Shown here in pieces: positions 36,777 to 46,791 of a stretch of DNA of 60,214 nucleotides. Origin of the DNA: Minisyncoccia bacterium (GTDB lineage Bacteria > Patescibacteriota > Minisyncoccia > Phycocordibacterales > CALRBL01); assembly GCA_038230075.1 (NCBI GenBank), contig JBBRNV010000002.1, forward strand, positions 1-60,214. Direction: 5' to 3'. A model generated the notes under the pieces. That model did no database searches. It was not told where the DNA came from and saw only the letters and a list, made by a program, of their open reading frames with translations. Within the stretch, counting starts at the first letter, position 1, and every line of letters starts with the position of its first letter. A program made the translations under genes and the position numbers.

Positions 36777-38870
36777 ATGAAAAAACACATTACAACAAGT
36801 CACCTTACAAGATTCCTTCTCACAGCACTTACAAGTGTCGCCTTCGTTCTTACTTCTTCATACCTTTATGCTCAAATATCCTCAGATGGTTCTACCTTCA
36901 CAGAACCAGCAGGAGCTCCTCCTGGATACAACACCAACACGCCTTTAAATGTTGGAACATCACCACAATCAAAAGCACCGACAAACGTTTCTGGAACTTC
37001 TACTTTGAACATTGGAGGAGTATTCAGTGCTGATGGAATCACTTCTTTTGGAAATGCTGCAATCGGTGGGAATCTTTATGTGACGAGTGGTAATGTGGGA
37101 ATCGGTTCAACAACACCTTCTCAGAAACTGAGTGTGACTGGAAATGTGGCAGCCACACAATTTTGTCTTCCCGGATCACTTCCTACAGGAGGTTGTGTAT
37201 CAAACTGGACGACGATAGGTGGTGGAGGAAGTACTTCAAGTACAAGCACGGTGAGTGGAACACTTAATAAATTTGCAAAATTTACCGCATCAAATGCAAT
37301 TGGAAACTCTATTCTTACAGAAAGTGGATCAAATGTAACTCTTGGATCAGTAAACAGTTCAATTCAAATCGGTCTTAATGATGCAACGCAAGGTTTCTGG
37401 ATCAGAAATGACGGATCAAATCCTGTGATCAGTACTAAAATCGGAGACATCTTCATGGGTTATTCTGGACGTTCTGGAATGGTATGGAGATTTGGTGCAA
37501 GTGGCACAGGTATGCTTATTTCAAACGATGCTCCAGCAAATGCTTTCACCATTGCTTCAAATGGAAATATTGGAGTTGGAAAAGCTGCTGGTGGAGTTGC
37601 AATGGATGTAGTTGGGCAAGTTAGAGCAGACGGCGCTTCGGCAGGTGTGATGATTAATGACCGTTCAACAAATAGACAATGGCAACTTTACGGATCTAAC
37701 GACAGTTTCCGTCTATATAATGGTGCTGCTGATGCTCTTACTGTTGACACAGTTGGAAATATTACCGCAGGTGCAATTGGTACAGCAGGTTCTCTTCCTA
37801 GTGACAAACCTTCAGGATGGGCGGGTGGAGTTTCAACATATGATGTGGTAGCGAAGGCATCAGTTCGAGCCAATCAATTCTGTATTGGGGGAGGAATTAA
37901 CTCAACTGCTACTGGAACTTGTATCACATCATGGCCAACTGGAAGTGGTTCACTTAGCGGAACAACAAATAAAATCACAAAATTCACCAGTAGTAGTGCG
38001 GTGGGTGACTCACAAATAACTGATACAGGAACAAATGTTGGGGTTGGTATTGCCGTACCAACTCAAAAATTGAGTGTAAACGGAACCATGAGTGTGAACG
38101 GAAGAATATTTACAGGTAACGGCGGAGGAATGTGGTTTGATAGTGATCTTACAAACAACGGTCATCAGTTTGTTGGAGCTATTAGTTCTACCCAATTAGG
38201 ATTTTATAATGATGGATGGAATTTTGTTCTAGATAATAGTGGTAAAGTTGGAATTGGAACGGTGTCGCCGTCACAACGTCTTGATGTTGCTGGAAATGTT
38301 AATGTGGGAGGAAATTTGTATGGGTCAAATGGAACAGAATTCCAAATTGCTCCAGCAAATGCTGGAGGCAATCTTAGACTTGATGCTAATGACAACACTG
38401 CAGGAGACGTGACTATTGGACTTATTAAAGCTCGTGCGGTAGAAGTGTTTGCTTCAGGTGAGCCTGTTTCAGGAACCGTGTTTGCGGTAACTAAACGAGG
38501 TTCACCCGCATCTTTTGTTCTCGATACAAGTAACAATGGAAACTTCTCAGGTAGTGTTACCGCAAACGCATTTTACTATCAGTCTGACGAACGATTGAAA
38601 ACAAATATTAAAACATTAGGAGATAGTCTAAGTAAGATCTTACAATTACGAGGAGTTTCATTTAATTGGAAAGAAACTGGTAAATCAAATATTGGATTAA
38701 TTGCTCAAGAAGTTGAGAAAGTCTATCCAGATGCAGTTACTACAAATGAGAAAACTGGAATCAAGAGTGTAGAGTATGCAAACCTTGTGGCACCACTTAT
38801 TGAAGCAGTAAAAGATCAACAAAAACAAATCGAAGCATTGAAAGTTGAAATTGAAAATCTAAAAAAATAA
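36777..38870 (+). CDS. Exported tail-fibre/spike-like protein with C-terminal peptidase S74 intramolecular chaperone
   Basis: Signal-like N-terminus; GNVGIG repeats; YQSDERLKTNI...LRGVSFNWK...IGLIAQEVEKVYP...VEYANLVAPLIEAVK coiled coil. Confidence 0.87.
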   Translation: MKKHITTSHLTRFLLTALTSVAFVLTSSYLYAQISSDGSTFTEPAGAPPGYNTNTPLNVGTSPQSKAPTNVSGTSTLNIGGVFSADGITSFGNAAIGGNLYVTSGNVGIGSTTPSQKLSVTGNVAATQFCLPGSLPTGGCVSNWTTIGGGGSTSSTSTVSGTLNKFAKFTASNAIGNSILTESGSNVTLGSVNSSIQIGLNDATQGFWIRNDGSNPVISTKIGDIFMGYSGRSGMVWRFGASGTGMLISNDAPANAFTIASNGNIGVGKAAGGVAMDVVGQVRADGASAGVMINDRSTNRQWQLYGSNDSFRLYNGAADALTVDTVGNITAGAIGTAGSLPSDKPSGWAGGVSTYDVVAKASVRANQFCIGGGINSTATGTCITSWPTGSGSLSGTTNKITKFTSSSAVGDSQITDTGTNVGVGIAVPTQKLSVNGTMSVNGRIFTGNGGGMWFDSDLTNNGHQFVGAISSTQLGFYNDGWNFVLDNSGKVGIGTVSPSQRLDVAGNVNVGGNLYGSNGTEFQIAPANAGGNLRLDANDNTAGDVTIGLIKARAVEVFASGEPVSGTVFAVTKRGSPASFVLDTSNNGNFSGSVTANAFYYQSDERLKTNIKTLGDSLSKILQLRGVSFNWKETGKSNIGLIAQEVEKVYPDAVTTNEKTGIKSVEYANLVAPLIEAVKDQQKQIEALKVEIENLKK

Positions 38871-38888
38871 ATCACACTTAAGATATTT

Positions 38889-39710
38889 ATGAAAAAAACT
38901 CTCGTAACTGCAGCAAGTATTGTCCTCGCTTTTGCTGGCGTTACTTTGTTGTACGGATATACCCATTCAACATACCGAGCAAGATATGTAAGTAGTTCTG
39001 AACAAGTGTCACAGTTATATGGACCAAACAACGAAGACTATGCAACTAACCAGGTTAACGAATATGGTCAATGTATTACCGTTATAAATACATCAAATAC
39101 AAATAAAGATGTGTTTATTCCAACAGCGTCTTCGTCTGAGTTTAATCTTTTCTTAAGTTCTGCAACAAATAATGGTGGATACCTAAAACAAAATGGTGTA
39201 AGTATTGGTGCTTGTAGTACAAACGTTGTTCACACTGGTTCTTGCTCGCAACAAATATTTCATGAACCAAATCCAACTGGTGGTACTAGATATCATGCCG
39301 ACATTCAAACAGCAAATCACGCATGTATATTGAAAGGGTACGAAGGAGGAAAAGTCATCTCAACAGTTTCTTTTGATTCTCCAAGTAACAACCACACTGA
39401 TTTTTGGAATGATGGATCAGTTGCTGGATATGGCGCTGGTTGGATCAACTCGGTAGCAAATGCTAACGCAAATCCTTATGGAATAGGCATGAACTCACTC
39501 ATTAGAGACCTTGCTTGTTACAGTGGAGGATCTTCATGTGCACTTGTTTGTGGAAATGGAAGAGTTGATGTTGGGGAACAGTGTGAGCCTGGTGCAAACA
39601 ATACAACACAAGACTTTTGTGGAAATGATGTTAATCAATGCGATCCAACTTACTGCGTTATTCCTTCGCATCATAGTGGTCCGGGATACACCACTGGTCC
39701 TTGTAACTAA
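38889..39710 (+). CDS. Secreted Cys-rich protein with Myxococcus-type (DUF4215-like) repeat
   Basis: Signal peptide; CGNGRVDVGEQCEPG; many Cys. Confidence 0.7.
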   Translation: MKKTLVTAASIVLAFAGVTLLYGYTHSTYRARYVSSSEQVSQLYGPNNEDYATNQVNEYGQCITVINTSNTNKDVFIPTASSSEFNLFLSSATNNGGYLKQNGVSIGACSTNVVHTGSCSQQIFHEPNPTGGTRYHADIQTANHACILKGYEGGKVISTVSFDSPSNNHTDFWNDGSVAGYGAGWINSVANANANPYGIGMNSLIRDLACYSGGSSCALVCGNGRVDVGEQCEPGANNTTQDFCGNDVNQCDPTYCVIPSHHSGPGYTTGPCN

Positions 39711-39733
39711 TATTTAAAAAAATTGAATAGTTT

Positions 39734-39775
39734 CTATACTGGCCATATTGACTAAAATCAATATGGCCAGTATAG
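39734..39775. repeat. Perfect 18-bp inverted repeat
   Basis: CTATACTGGCCATATTGA-ctaaaa-TCAATATGGCCAGTATAG. Confidence 0.85.
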
Positions 39776-39874
39776 TTATGTTCGGTAAGGTTGAGTGGTG
39801 TAAGCCTCACAGCTTGGACTTTTCAACAATAGTAAACCTCAGATCACATCGGTCAAAATTCGGTAATCAGCTCT

Positions 39875-40606
39875 ATGAAAACATACATCCGTCGGCTCCT
39901 TGCGAGCTTGTTGGTTCTCGTCGCGGCATGTGTCGCGTCTTCGGTTCATGCCCAGGTTTCGACCTCGGTAATGAGTCAGGCGGAGTACAACGCCTTCGTT
40001 GCGGTTCACCCGTTGTCTTTCAATGTGCAGCAGCAGGCAGGAGACAACTTCTTCGGAAGTGGGCCACAGTCGGAAGTTTTGATGTCAGGAGGAGTCGGAG
40101 GCAGTTATGGATCTGACTACGACTATTCGTTCTCAACTCAGACCCCCGTGACTGTAGCCGTTAATTCCGCCCTCATTAGGTCGAGCTTCTCAGAAGGTTC
40201 GCCGACAGGTGTCGTGATGAGTGGTGCCTTTCTGGCCACACTTCCTTCGTTTCTGGTCATCAGCGTGAGCACTACAGATTCGCGTTACCAGATCTCAGCA
40301 CAGGGAATCGTGGTGAACGGTCAAAACGTTTCTGCCGGAATCAGCACTTCAGTCGGCGCACAAACAATTCACCTGCTCATTTCTGGGTTAACCGCTGCGA
40401 CGCTCGATGTGTCATTGACCAGTATGTTTGGGAACAACGGTGCACCACCGCCATTCTCGACGTTCACCGGGAGCAATGAACAGCTTCGCATCGAAGGGTT
40501 CACCGGACAGATTCCGGAACCTTCCACAGTTGTAGCGTTCGCGATTGGCCTCGGCCTTATCGCTTTCGCTCAACGTCGGCGCAATGTTTGCGTCGGCAAC
40601 AGTTGA
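39875..40606 (+). CDS. PEP-CTERM sorting-domain protein
   Basis: Signal peptide ending VHA; C-terminal IPEPSTVVAFAIGLGLIAFAQRRR; GC-rich relative to flanks. Confidence 0.87.
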   Translation: MKTYIRRLLASLLVLVAACVASSVHAQVSTSVMSQAEYNAFVAVHPLSFNVQQQAGDNFFGSGPQSEVLMSGGVGGSYGSDYDYSFSTQTPVTVAVNSALIRSSFSEGSPTGVVMSGAFLATLPSFLVISVSTTDSRYQISAQGIVVNGQNVSAGISTSVGAQTIHLLISGLTAATLDVSLTSMFGNNGAPPPFSTFTGSNEQLRIEGFTGQIPEPSTVVAFAIGLGLIAFAQRRRNVCVGNS

Positions 40607-40628
40607 TCGCTTCGGCGGCAATCATCTG

Positions 40629-40666
40629 AGGACTCATGTGTTTTGCTTCGGCAAGCCATGAGTCCT
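40629..40666 (+). terminator. Hairpin/terminator after PEP-CTERM gene
   Basis: AGGACTCATG...TTGC-TTCG-GCAA...CATGAGTCCT then T-rich tract. Confidence 0.7.
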
Positions 40667-40716
40667 TTCGGTTTTTATATAATTTATTTTTTCATTTTCA
40701 TTTTTTTGTTTTGAGC

Positions 40717-40727
40717 TGTGATATAAT
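40717..40727 (+). promoter_or_regulatory. Extended -10 motif TGTGATATA(A/G)T, repeated at 42527 and 43071
   Basis: Same 11-mer before pilB, the 42544 ORF and pilC. Confidence 0.7.
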
Positions 40728-40738
40728 TTCACTCGTAT

Positions 40739-42493
40739 ATGTTCGTCAATGAACAACAGCTTCGAAATTTTATGCTTGACTCTGGCTTAATTGCCGAGGA
40801 AGACATTGATGCTGCCCAAAAAAAAGCAGAAGATAAAAATGTTTCGTTCGGACAAATTCTTGTTAATGAAGGAAAGCTTAAAGAAGATGATCTTCGTCGA
40901 ATGCATGCATATGTTCTCGGTATTCCTTTTGTTGAATTAAAAAATCAGAAAATAGATTTCGCCATTCTTTCACTTATTCCTGAACCAATTGCTCGAAATC
41001 ATAATATTATTGCGTATAAACGAACCGCTGATTCTCTTGAAGTTGCCATGCTTGATGGAGACGACCTCGGTGCAATTGACTTTGTTCGAAAGAAAGTAGA
41101 TCTTAGAATTCTTCCACGCCTTACCGATACAGAATCAATGAAATCGGCACTTCTTCAGTATCAGAAAAGTTTGAAAGCTGATTTCGGAGATATTATTCAG
41201 AAAGAATCCGTTAATATTAAATCACTTGTTGATAGTGATGGGGGAGCGCCTGCATCTGAGGCAGATTTGAAAAAGATGGCAGAAGATTTACCAGTTATTC
41301 GAATTGTTGACACACTTTTAAAACACGCCATTCTTCAAAATGCTTCCGATATTCATATTGAACCTCAAGAAACTGAGGTTATTGTTCGATATCGAATCGA
41401 TGGCTTGCTTCATGAAGCCATGGTTCTGCCAAAAAACGCAGGAGACTCAATTACAGCGCGCCTTAAGGTGCTTTCAAATTTAAAGCTCGATGAAAAACGA
41501 CTTCCACAAGACGGACGATTTAAAATTGAGATGAACGGCGAGAAAGTGTCATTTCGAGTATCAATGCTTCCTATTTATTACGGCGAAAAAACTGTAATGC
41601 GATTGTTGCGAGAAAATGTTTCTGGATTCACTCTTGAATATCTCGGTTTTCACGGAGAAGGCTTAGAGCGAATTTATGAATCAACCAAGCTCGCTAATGG
41701 TTTAATTTTAACAACAGGGCCAACGGGTTCTGGAAAAACCACCACGCTTTATACGGTGCTCGATATTTTAAATACACCCGATGTAAATATTTCAACCATT
41801 GAAGATCCTGTTGAATATCAAATGAAGCGTATTAATCAAACGCAGGTTAAGCCTGAAATTGGTTTTACGTTTGCCTCAGGTCTTCGATCGTTGGTGCGAC
41901 AAGATCCTGATGTAATTATGGTGGGAGAAATTCGAGATACAGAAACTGCCTCACTCGCCATTAACGCCGCACTTACGGGTCACTTGGTACTTTCGACACT
42001 TCACACCAACTCTGCGGCAGGTGCTATTCCTCGACTAATTGATATGCATTCAGAACCGTTTTTAATTGTTTCCACGATTAGCATTATTGTTGCCCAACGA
42101 CTTATTCGAAAACTAGGGGATAGTAAAGAAAAGTATTTCTTAACAAAAGATGAAATCGTCCAATTAGCTAAAAAGATTGATCTTGAACGTGTGCTTAAGT
42201 TCTTAAAAACAGAAAAAATTGTTAAAGCTGATGTTGAATGGGAAAAGATTCCGTTTTATAAAGCAGTTAAGACACCAGAAAGCGAAGACGGATTTAAGGG
42301 AAGAATTGGAATTCACGAAGTGCTTAAAATGAGTACAACTATTAAGGATATTATTATGAAAGGGGGGACAGCAGACGCTATTGAGGCGCAAGCCAAGAAA
42401 GATGGAATGATGACCATGCTTGAAGACGGAATCTTTCAGTGTGTACAAGGTGTTACAACTATTGAAGAAGTATTGAGAGTTATTTCAGAATAA
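40739..42493 (+). CDS. pilB: Type IV pilus assembly ATPase PilB/GspE
   Basis: ASDIHIEP, TGPTGSGKTT, EDPVE, RQDPDVIMVGEIRD, STLHTN. Confidence 0.95.
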   Translation: MFVNEQQLRNFMLDSGLIAEEDIDAAQKKAEDKNVSFGQILVNEGKLKEDDLRRMHAYVLGIPFVELKNQKIDFAILSLIPEPIARNHNIIAYKRTADSLEVAMLDGDDLGAIDFVRKKVDLRILPRLTDTESMKSALLQYQKSLKADFGDIIQKESVNIKSLVDSDGGAPASEADLKKMAEDLPVIRIVDTLLKHAILQNASDIHIEPQETEVIVRYRIDGLLHEAMVLPKNAGDSITARLKVLSNLKLDEKRLPQDGRFKIEMNGEKVSFRVSMLPIYYGEKTVMRLLRENVSGFTLEYLGFHGEGLERIYESTKLANGLILTTGPTGSGKTTTLYTVLDILNTPDVNISTIEDPVEYQMKRINQTQVKPEIGFTFASGLRSLVRQDPDVIMVGEIRDTETASLAINAALTGHLVLSTLHTNSAAGAIPRLIDMHSEPFLIVSTISIIVAQRLIRKLGDSKEKYFLTKDEIVQLAKKIDLERVLKFLKTEKIVKADVEWEKIPFYKAVKTPESEDGFKGRIGIHEVLKMSTTIKDIIMKGGTADAIEAQAKKDGMMTMLEDGIFQCVQGVTTIEEVLRVISE

Positions 42494-42543
42494 AAGCACA
42501 TATATACTTTTATTTTGATTTTTTCTTGTGATATAGTTTGCCT

Positions 42544-43050
42544 ATGGAACTACCAATAGAAAATACTCAAGAATCAGTTGATCACGCCGCAACTCAAAAG
42601 CTCATTAGAGAAGTGATGATGAAAGGTAGAAAGTTTGCTTACATAGCAATGGCCATCTTTGGTTTAAATGTTGCTTCGAATGTCGCAAAGAATGTTAATT
42701 CTATGAAGAATGATAACGAAATGACACAACGCTTGTTGGAAGTTGAAAAAACAAGGTCTGCTGAACTTTCTGTTGATCCTTCCCATAAACTTCAAGAACT
42801 AATGACTATTTTGAATACACGAATGTCATATCTTGATAAGAGTTTAAGAAAAGATGAACTCACTCCCGCTGATAGACTTCTCATTGCTGAGCTAAATAGA
42901 ATTGTTAATAGTGAAGATGTTTACACAAATGAATCGGCAGGAACAGGCTACTCTACTGAACCTTATGTATACAACACAGCCACACCTTCAAATGGTGTTG
43001 TTCCTAATGTTCAACCTGGCACAAATACTAAAATTCAAGAAGAGAAATAA
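42544..43050 (+). CDS. Single-TM hypothetical protein inserted between pilB and pilC
   Basis: Own -10 box 6 nt before ATG; KGRKFAYIAMAIFGL hydrophobic segment. Confidence 0.65.
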   Translation: MELPIENTQESVDHAATQKLIREVMMKGRKFAYIAMAIFGLNVASNVAKNVNSMKNDNEMTQRLLEVEKTRSAELSVDPSHKLQELMTILNTRMSYLDKSLRKDELTPADRLLIAELNRIVNSEDVYTNESAGTGYSTEPYVYNTATPSNGVVPNVQPGTNTKIQEEK

Positions 43051-43087
43051 TAGATATTCTTGTTTTTCTTTGTGATATAATTCGCAG

Positions 43088-44311
43088 ATGAAGTACACCT
43101 ATACTGCTCGCCGTGGCGACGGTACAACCTATCATGAGACAAAAGAATTTGCAGATAAGTTTGCGCTTTTCCACGAAGTAAAAAAAACAGGCGACACACT
43201 TGTTGAGTTTAAAGAAGATGCTGCACATGACGGCTGGTGGAATCATCTCGATGCATACGTTAACGACTTTTTTGGAAAAGTAAAAATGCAAGAACGAATA
43301 GCCTTCGCTCGAAACTTGGGAGGAATGCTTGAAGCGGGCCTCGCTCTGTCTCGAGCGCTTTCTGTGATGGAACGACAGACACGAAATAAGAAACTAAAGA
43401 AAATTTATGCAGACCTTAACGCTTCGATCAGTAAAGGAAAAACATTTCATGAAGCATTGGCTGATTATCCTAAAATTTTTAACACTCTTTTTATTTCAAT
43501 GGTGCGAGCAGGAGAAGAGTCGGGAACATTGGCAAAATCTTTGAGCCAAGTAGGACAGCAACTTGAGAAGAACTACATGCTTGGAAAGAAAATCAAAAGT
43601 GCAATGATTTACCCAGCAATTATCATCACTATTATGATTATCATTGGGATTTTGATGATGATTATTGTAGTTCCTCGACTTACTGAAACATTTAAAGATG
43701 TGCATGCCGAGCTTCCATGGAGCACCAAGTTGGTTATTTTTGTTAGTGACTTGTGCAAGTCATCATGGCCATATCTTATTTTAGGAGCGGTCGTTATTGC
43801 TACAGCTTGTTATTTTGCAGTACGCACTAAAGCTGGGAGATCATTCTTTGATTTTATTTTCATACACTTTCCTATCTTTGGAAGTATTGTAAGGGAAAGT
43901 AACACTGCAAGAACCGCTCGAACACTTTCATCATTACTTACGTCAGGAGTAGAAGTTGTTCTCGCCACACAAATTACAGGCGACGTTCTTCAAAACTCGT
44001 ATTATAAAGACGTCATGTACGGATTGGGAAAACAAATTGAAAAAGGAGATCCAATGTCAGAAACATTTTTGAAAAATGAAAAGCTTTTTCCGGTCTTTTT
44101 AGGTGAGATGGTGTCGGTAGGGGAAGAAACAGGTCGAATTTCTAATATGCTTGAAGGGGTGGCGGTTTTTTATGAAAATGAGGTTGATCAGAAAACAAAA
44201 GATATTTCGACTTTGATTGAGCCATTTCTCATGGTCATTATTGGTGTCTCTGTTGGATTTTTTGCAATTGCCATGATTACACCTACGTATTCGGTATTGA
44301 ATAATATTTAA
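43088..44311 (+). CDS. pilC: Type IV pilus platform protein PilC/GspF
   Basis: MVRAGEESGTL, KIKSAMIYP, VGEETG, LIEPFLMVIIG. Confidence 0.95.
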   Translation: MKYTYTARRGDGTTYHETKEFADKFALFHEVKKTGDTLVEFKEDAAHDGWWNHLDAYVNDFFGKVKMQERIAFARNLGGMLEAGLALSRALSVMERQTRNKKLKKIYADLNASISKGKTFHEALADYPKIFNTLFISMVRAGEESGTLAKSLSQVGQQLEKNYMLGKKIKSAMIYPAIIITIMIIIGILMMIIVVPRLTETFKDVHAELPWSTKLVIFVSDLCKSSWPYLILGAVVIATACYFAVRTKAGRSFFDFIFIHFPIFGSIVRESNTARTARTLSSLLTSGVEVVLATQITGDVLQNSYYKDVMYGLGKQIEKGDPMSETFLKNEKLFPVFLGEMVSVGEETGRISNMLEGVAVFYENEVDQKTKDISTLIEPFLMVIIGVSVGFFAIAMITPTYSVLNNI

Positions 44312-46141
44312 ATGTTTGCAAAAACATATACACATATAAAAAATAAGACCTCAGGATTCACTCTTGTTGAAATTTTGGTGGTAATTGCGGTTTTTGTTCT
44401 CATTATCAGTGCTATTTCAACAACATATAGTAAGACAATTAATTTGCTTACATATAATAAAATGAAAATCGATGCTATCGATTTGGCAAATGAACAAATT
44501 GAAATACTTCACAATCTTCCATTTGCAGATGTTGGAGTTGTTGGAGGTATTCCTTCAGGAAAGTTGGCTCATCAGTTTGCAACCACAAGAGATGGAAGTT
44601 CATTTGTGGTTACTACAACTATTAGAAACATCGATGATCCGGCAGATGGTACTCTTGGTGGCACACCAAACGATCTTTCTCCTGCAGATTACAAGTTGGC
44701 TGAAGTTGGAGTTTCATGTGATCGTGCATATTCTGCAGCCCAGGGTGCAACAAGTAGTTGCCTAAGCTTCACTCCTGTATCATTAACTGCAATCGTGGCG
44801 CCTAAGAACTTAGAAACAGCATCAAATAACGGTGCTTTGTTTGTTAAAGTTTTCGACGCCAATGGAATTGCTGTTTCAAATGCAGCTGTTCATATAAGTA
44901 ACACAAAAGTAACACCGAACATTACTATCGACGACACAACTGATACAAATGGATTACTTCAAATCGTTGACGCTCCAACAAGTACCAATGGATACTCAAT
45001 TAGTGTAACAAAGAGTGGATTCTCAACTGACAAGACGTATCCTGTTGTTGGATCAACAACACCATATAAGACAGACTCAACAGTTCTTGTTCAGCAAGTG
45101 ACACAAACAAGTTTGAGTATTGATCAGACAAGTACTATTAACTTCTCAAGTATCAATGCTTCTTGTGCCGCAGTACCAAGTGTTCGTTTCAAAATGGTCG
45201 GAGGAAAGCTAATTAGTGTTAATAATCCAAAGTCCACCTCGACAATAACTACTGATGCTGGTGGAAACTACACGATGAATAATGTGGAATGGGACACATA
45301 CAGCATTACCCCATTTGATCTCACATACGACATTATTGGACTAAATCCTATCTCACCAATCAGTGTTCTTCCAGGAAGCACTCAGCCAATTAGTATTATG
45401 GTTGAACCAAAGAATCCAAATATTGTTTTGGTAAATGTTAAAGACGGCTCAAGCAATCTTCCACTTTCAGATGCAATTGTTACTCTTTCTTCTGGCTCTA
45501 GTTCTGCAACTCTTCAAACTGGAAGAGGATTCGTGAGACAAACAAATTGGTCAGGAGGTGCCGGTCAAACAGATTTTTCTAATCAAACACGATTTGATAC
45601 GTCATCGAACATTAACTACTCGGGGGTGACAGGTCAGATTACCTTGGCCGCTGGTTTTTCAAGTGGAAATCTAACCTCTTCTATTATTGATATGGGAACC
45701 GCAACTAACTTTAATCAAATTTTGTGGGCGCCTACAAGTCAGCCAGTTCAAACAGGTGCGGCGACTTCAAGTGTTAGATTACAAATCGCAACAAGTAACA
45801 CTAACAATGCAACAACAACGTGGACATATGTAGGACCAGATAGAACATCAGGTACATACTTCACTACTGCTAACCAAACAATTAACGCCGCACAAAATGG
45901 AACACAATATATTCGATATAAAGTGTACCTTTCTACAGCAAACAATGCCTATACTCCAACAATTGCAGATGTCTCACTCACGTTTACTTCATCATGTGTT
46001 CCTCCAGGGCAAGTAGTATTTGATGGATTAAGTTCGGGAACATATAACTTATCGGTAACACGAAGTGGATATACTTCGTACGCTGGAACTGTTGATGTAT
46101 CAACTGCTTGGCAGGTAAGTAATATTTCAATGAATCCATAA
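44312..46141 (+). CDS. Very large prepilin (PilV-like) with beta-sandwich domains
   Basis: SG|FTLVEILVVIAVF class III signal; carboxypeptidase-regulatory-like VKVFDANG...YSISVTKSGF. Confidence 0.85.
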   Translation: MFAKTYTHIKNKTSGFTLVEILVVIAVFVLIISAISTTYSKTINLLTYNKMKIDAIDLANEQIEILHNLPFADVGVVGGIPSGKLAHQFATTRDGSSFVVTTTIRNIDDPADGTLGGTPNDLSPADYKLAEVGVSCDRAYSAAQGATSSCLSFTPVSLTAIVAPKNLETASNNGALFVKVFDANGIAVSNAAVHISNTKVTPNITIDDTTDTNGLLQIVDAPTSTNGYSISVTKSGFSTDKTYPVVGSTTPYKTDSTVLVQQVTQTSLSIDQTSTINFSSINASCAAVPSVRFKMVGGKLISVNNPKSTSTITTDAGGNYTMNNVEWDTYSITPFDLTYDIIGLNPISPISVLPGSTQPISIMVEPKNPNIVLVNVKDGSSNLPLSDAIVTLSSGSSSATLQTGRGFVRQTNWSGGAGQTDFSNQTRFDTSSNINYSGVTGQITLAAGFSSGNLTSSIIDMGTATNFNQILWAPTSQPVQTGAATSSVRLQIATSNTNNATTTWTYVGPDRTSGTYFTTANQTINAAQNGTQYIRYKVYLSTANNAYTPTIADVSLTFTSSCVPPGQVVFDGLSSGTYNLSVTRSGYTSYAGTVDVSTAWQVSNISMNP

Positions 46142-46142
46142 T

Positions 46143-46790
46143 ATGAAAATAACTTTTCAAAAAAAGAATAATGTAAAAAAAGGATTTACTTTGGTTGAAA
46201 TGATTGTTGTTCTGGGAATATTATCTGTTATCGGTCTTCTTGTCTCAGAATTTCAAGCAGAAGTATTTACGTATAACAGACTATTGAGTGCTGGTAATAC
46301 TGGGCGAACTGAAGGAACAAAAGTGGTGAAGCAGATTGCAGCAGAGCTTCGAGCGATGTCACCCTCGAGTGCGGGAGGTTATGCAATTGAAGATGTCGGA
46401 ACAAGTACTATCACATTCTATAATGACCTTGATGATGACGGGGTTAAAGAACGAATCAGATATTACCTTTCAGGTACGACGCTCTATAAGGGAACAATGA
46501 AGCCGATTATTAATGCATTCGGACAAACGCTTACTAGTGAAGCGACTTCTACCATTATCACCAATGTTGTAAATGATGCTGTGACTCCTATTTTTACGTA
46601 TTACGATACGGGGTATAACGGAGGACAATCAAGTGCGACTTCAAGTTCTGCACTTACGTATCCTATTAATATTTCAAACATTCGACTAATTAAAATTTCA
46701 GTATTTTCAGATAATAATAAGAAAGAACCTCTTGCTCCGTTGCAACTTCAGACACAAGTTTCGATAAGAAATCTTAAAGACAATTTATAA
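46143..46790 (+). CDS. Minor pilin PilW/GspJ-like
   Basis: KG|FTLVEMIVVLG; IAAELR; IRYYLSGTTLYKG; TQVSIRN. Confidence 0.85.
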   Translation: MKITFQKKNNVKKGFTLVEMIVVLGILSVIGLLVSEFQAEVFTYNRLLSAGNTGRTEGTKVVKQIAAELRAMSPSSAGGYAIEDVGTSTITFYNDLDDDGVKERIRYYLSGTTLYKGTMKPIINAFGQTLTSEATSTIITNVVNDAVTPIFTYYDTGYNGGQSSATSSSALTYPINISNIRLIKISVFSDNNKKEPLAPLQLQTQVSIRNLKDNL

Positions 46791-46791
46791 T

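Noticed and set aside
36777-38870. Prophage tail gene
   Set aside because: No capsid, terminase, portal or integrase nearby; the protein has a signal-like N-terminus and lies in a secreted-protein operon
24274-40606. UGA-to-Gly recoding (code 25)
   Set aside because: Gly anticodons are UCC and GCC; core ORFs are intact under code 11; TGA ends the ORF at 40604-40606
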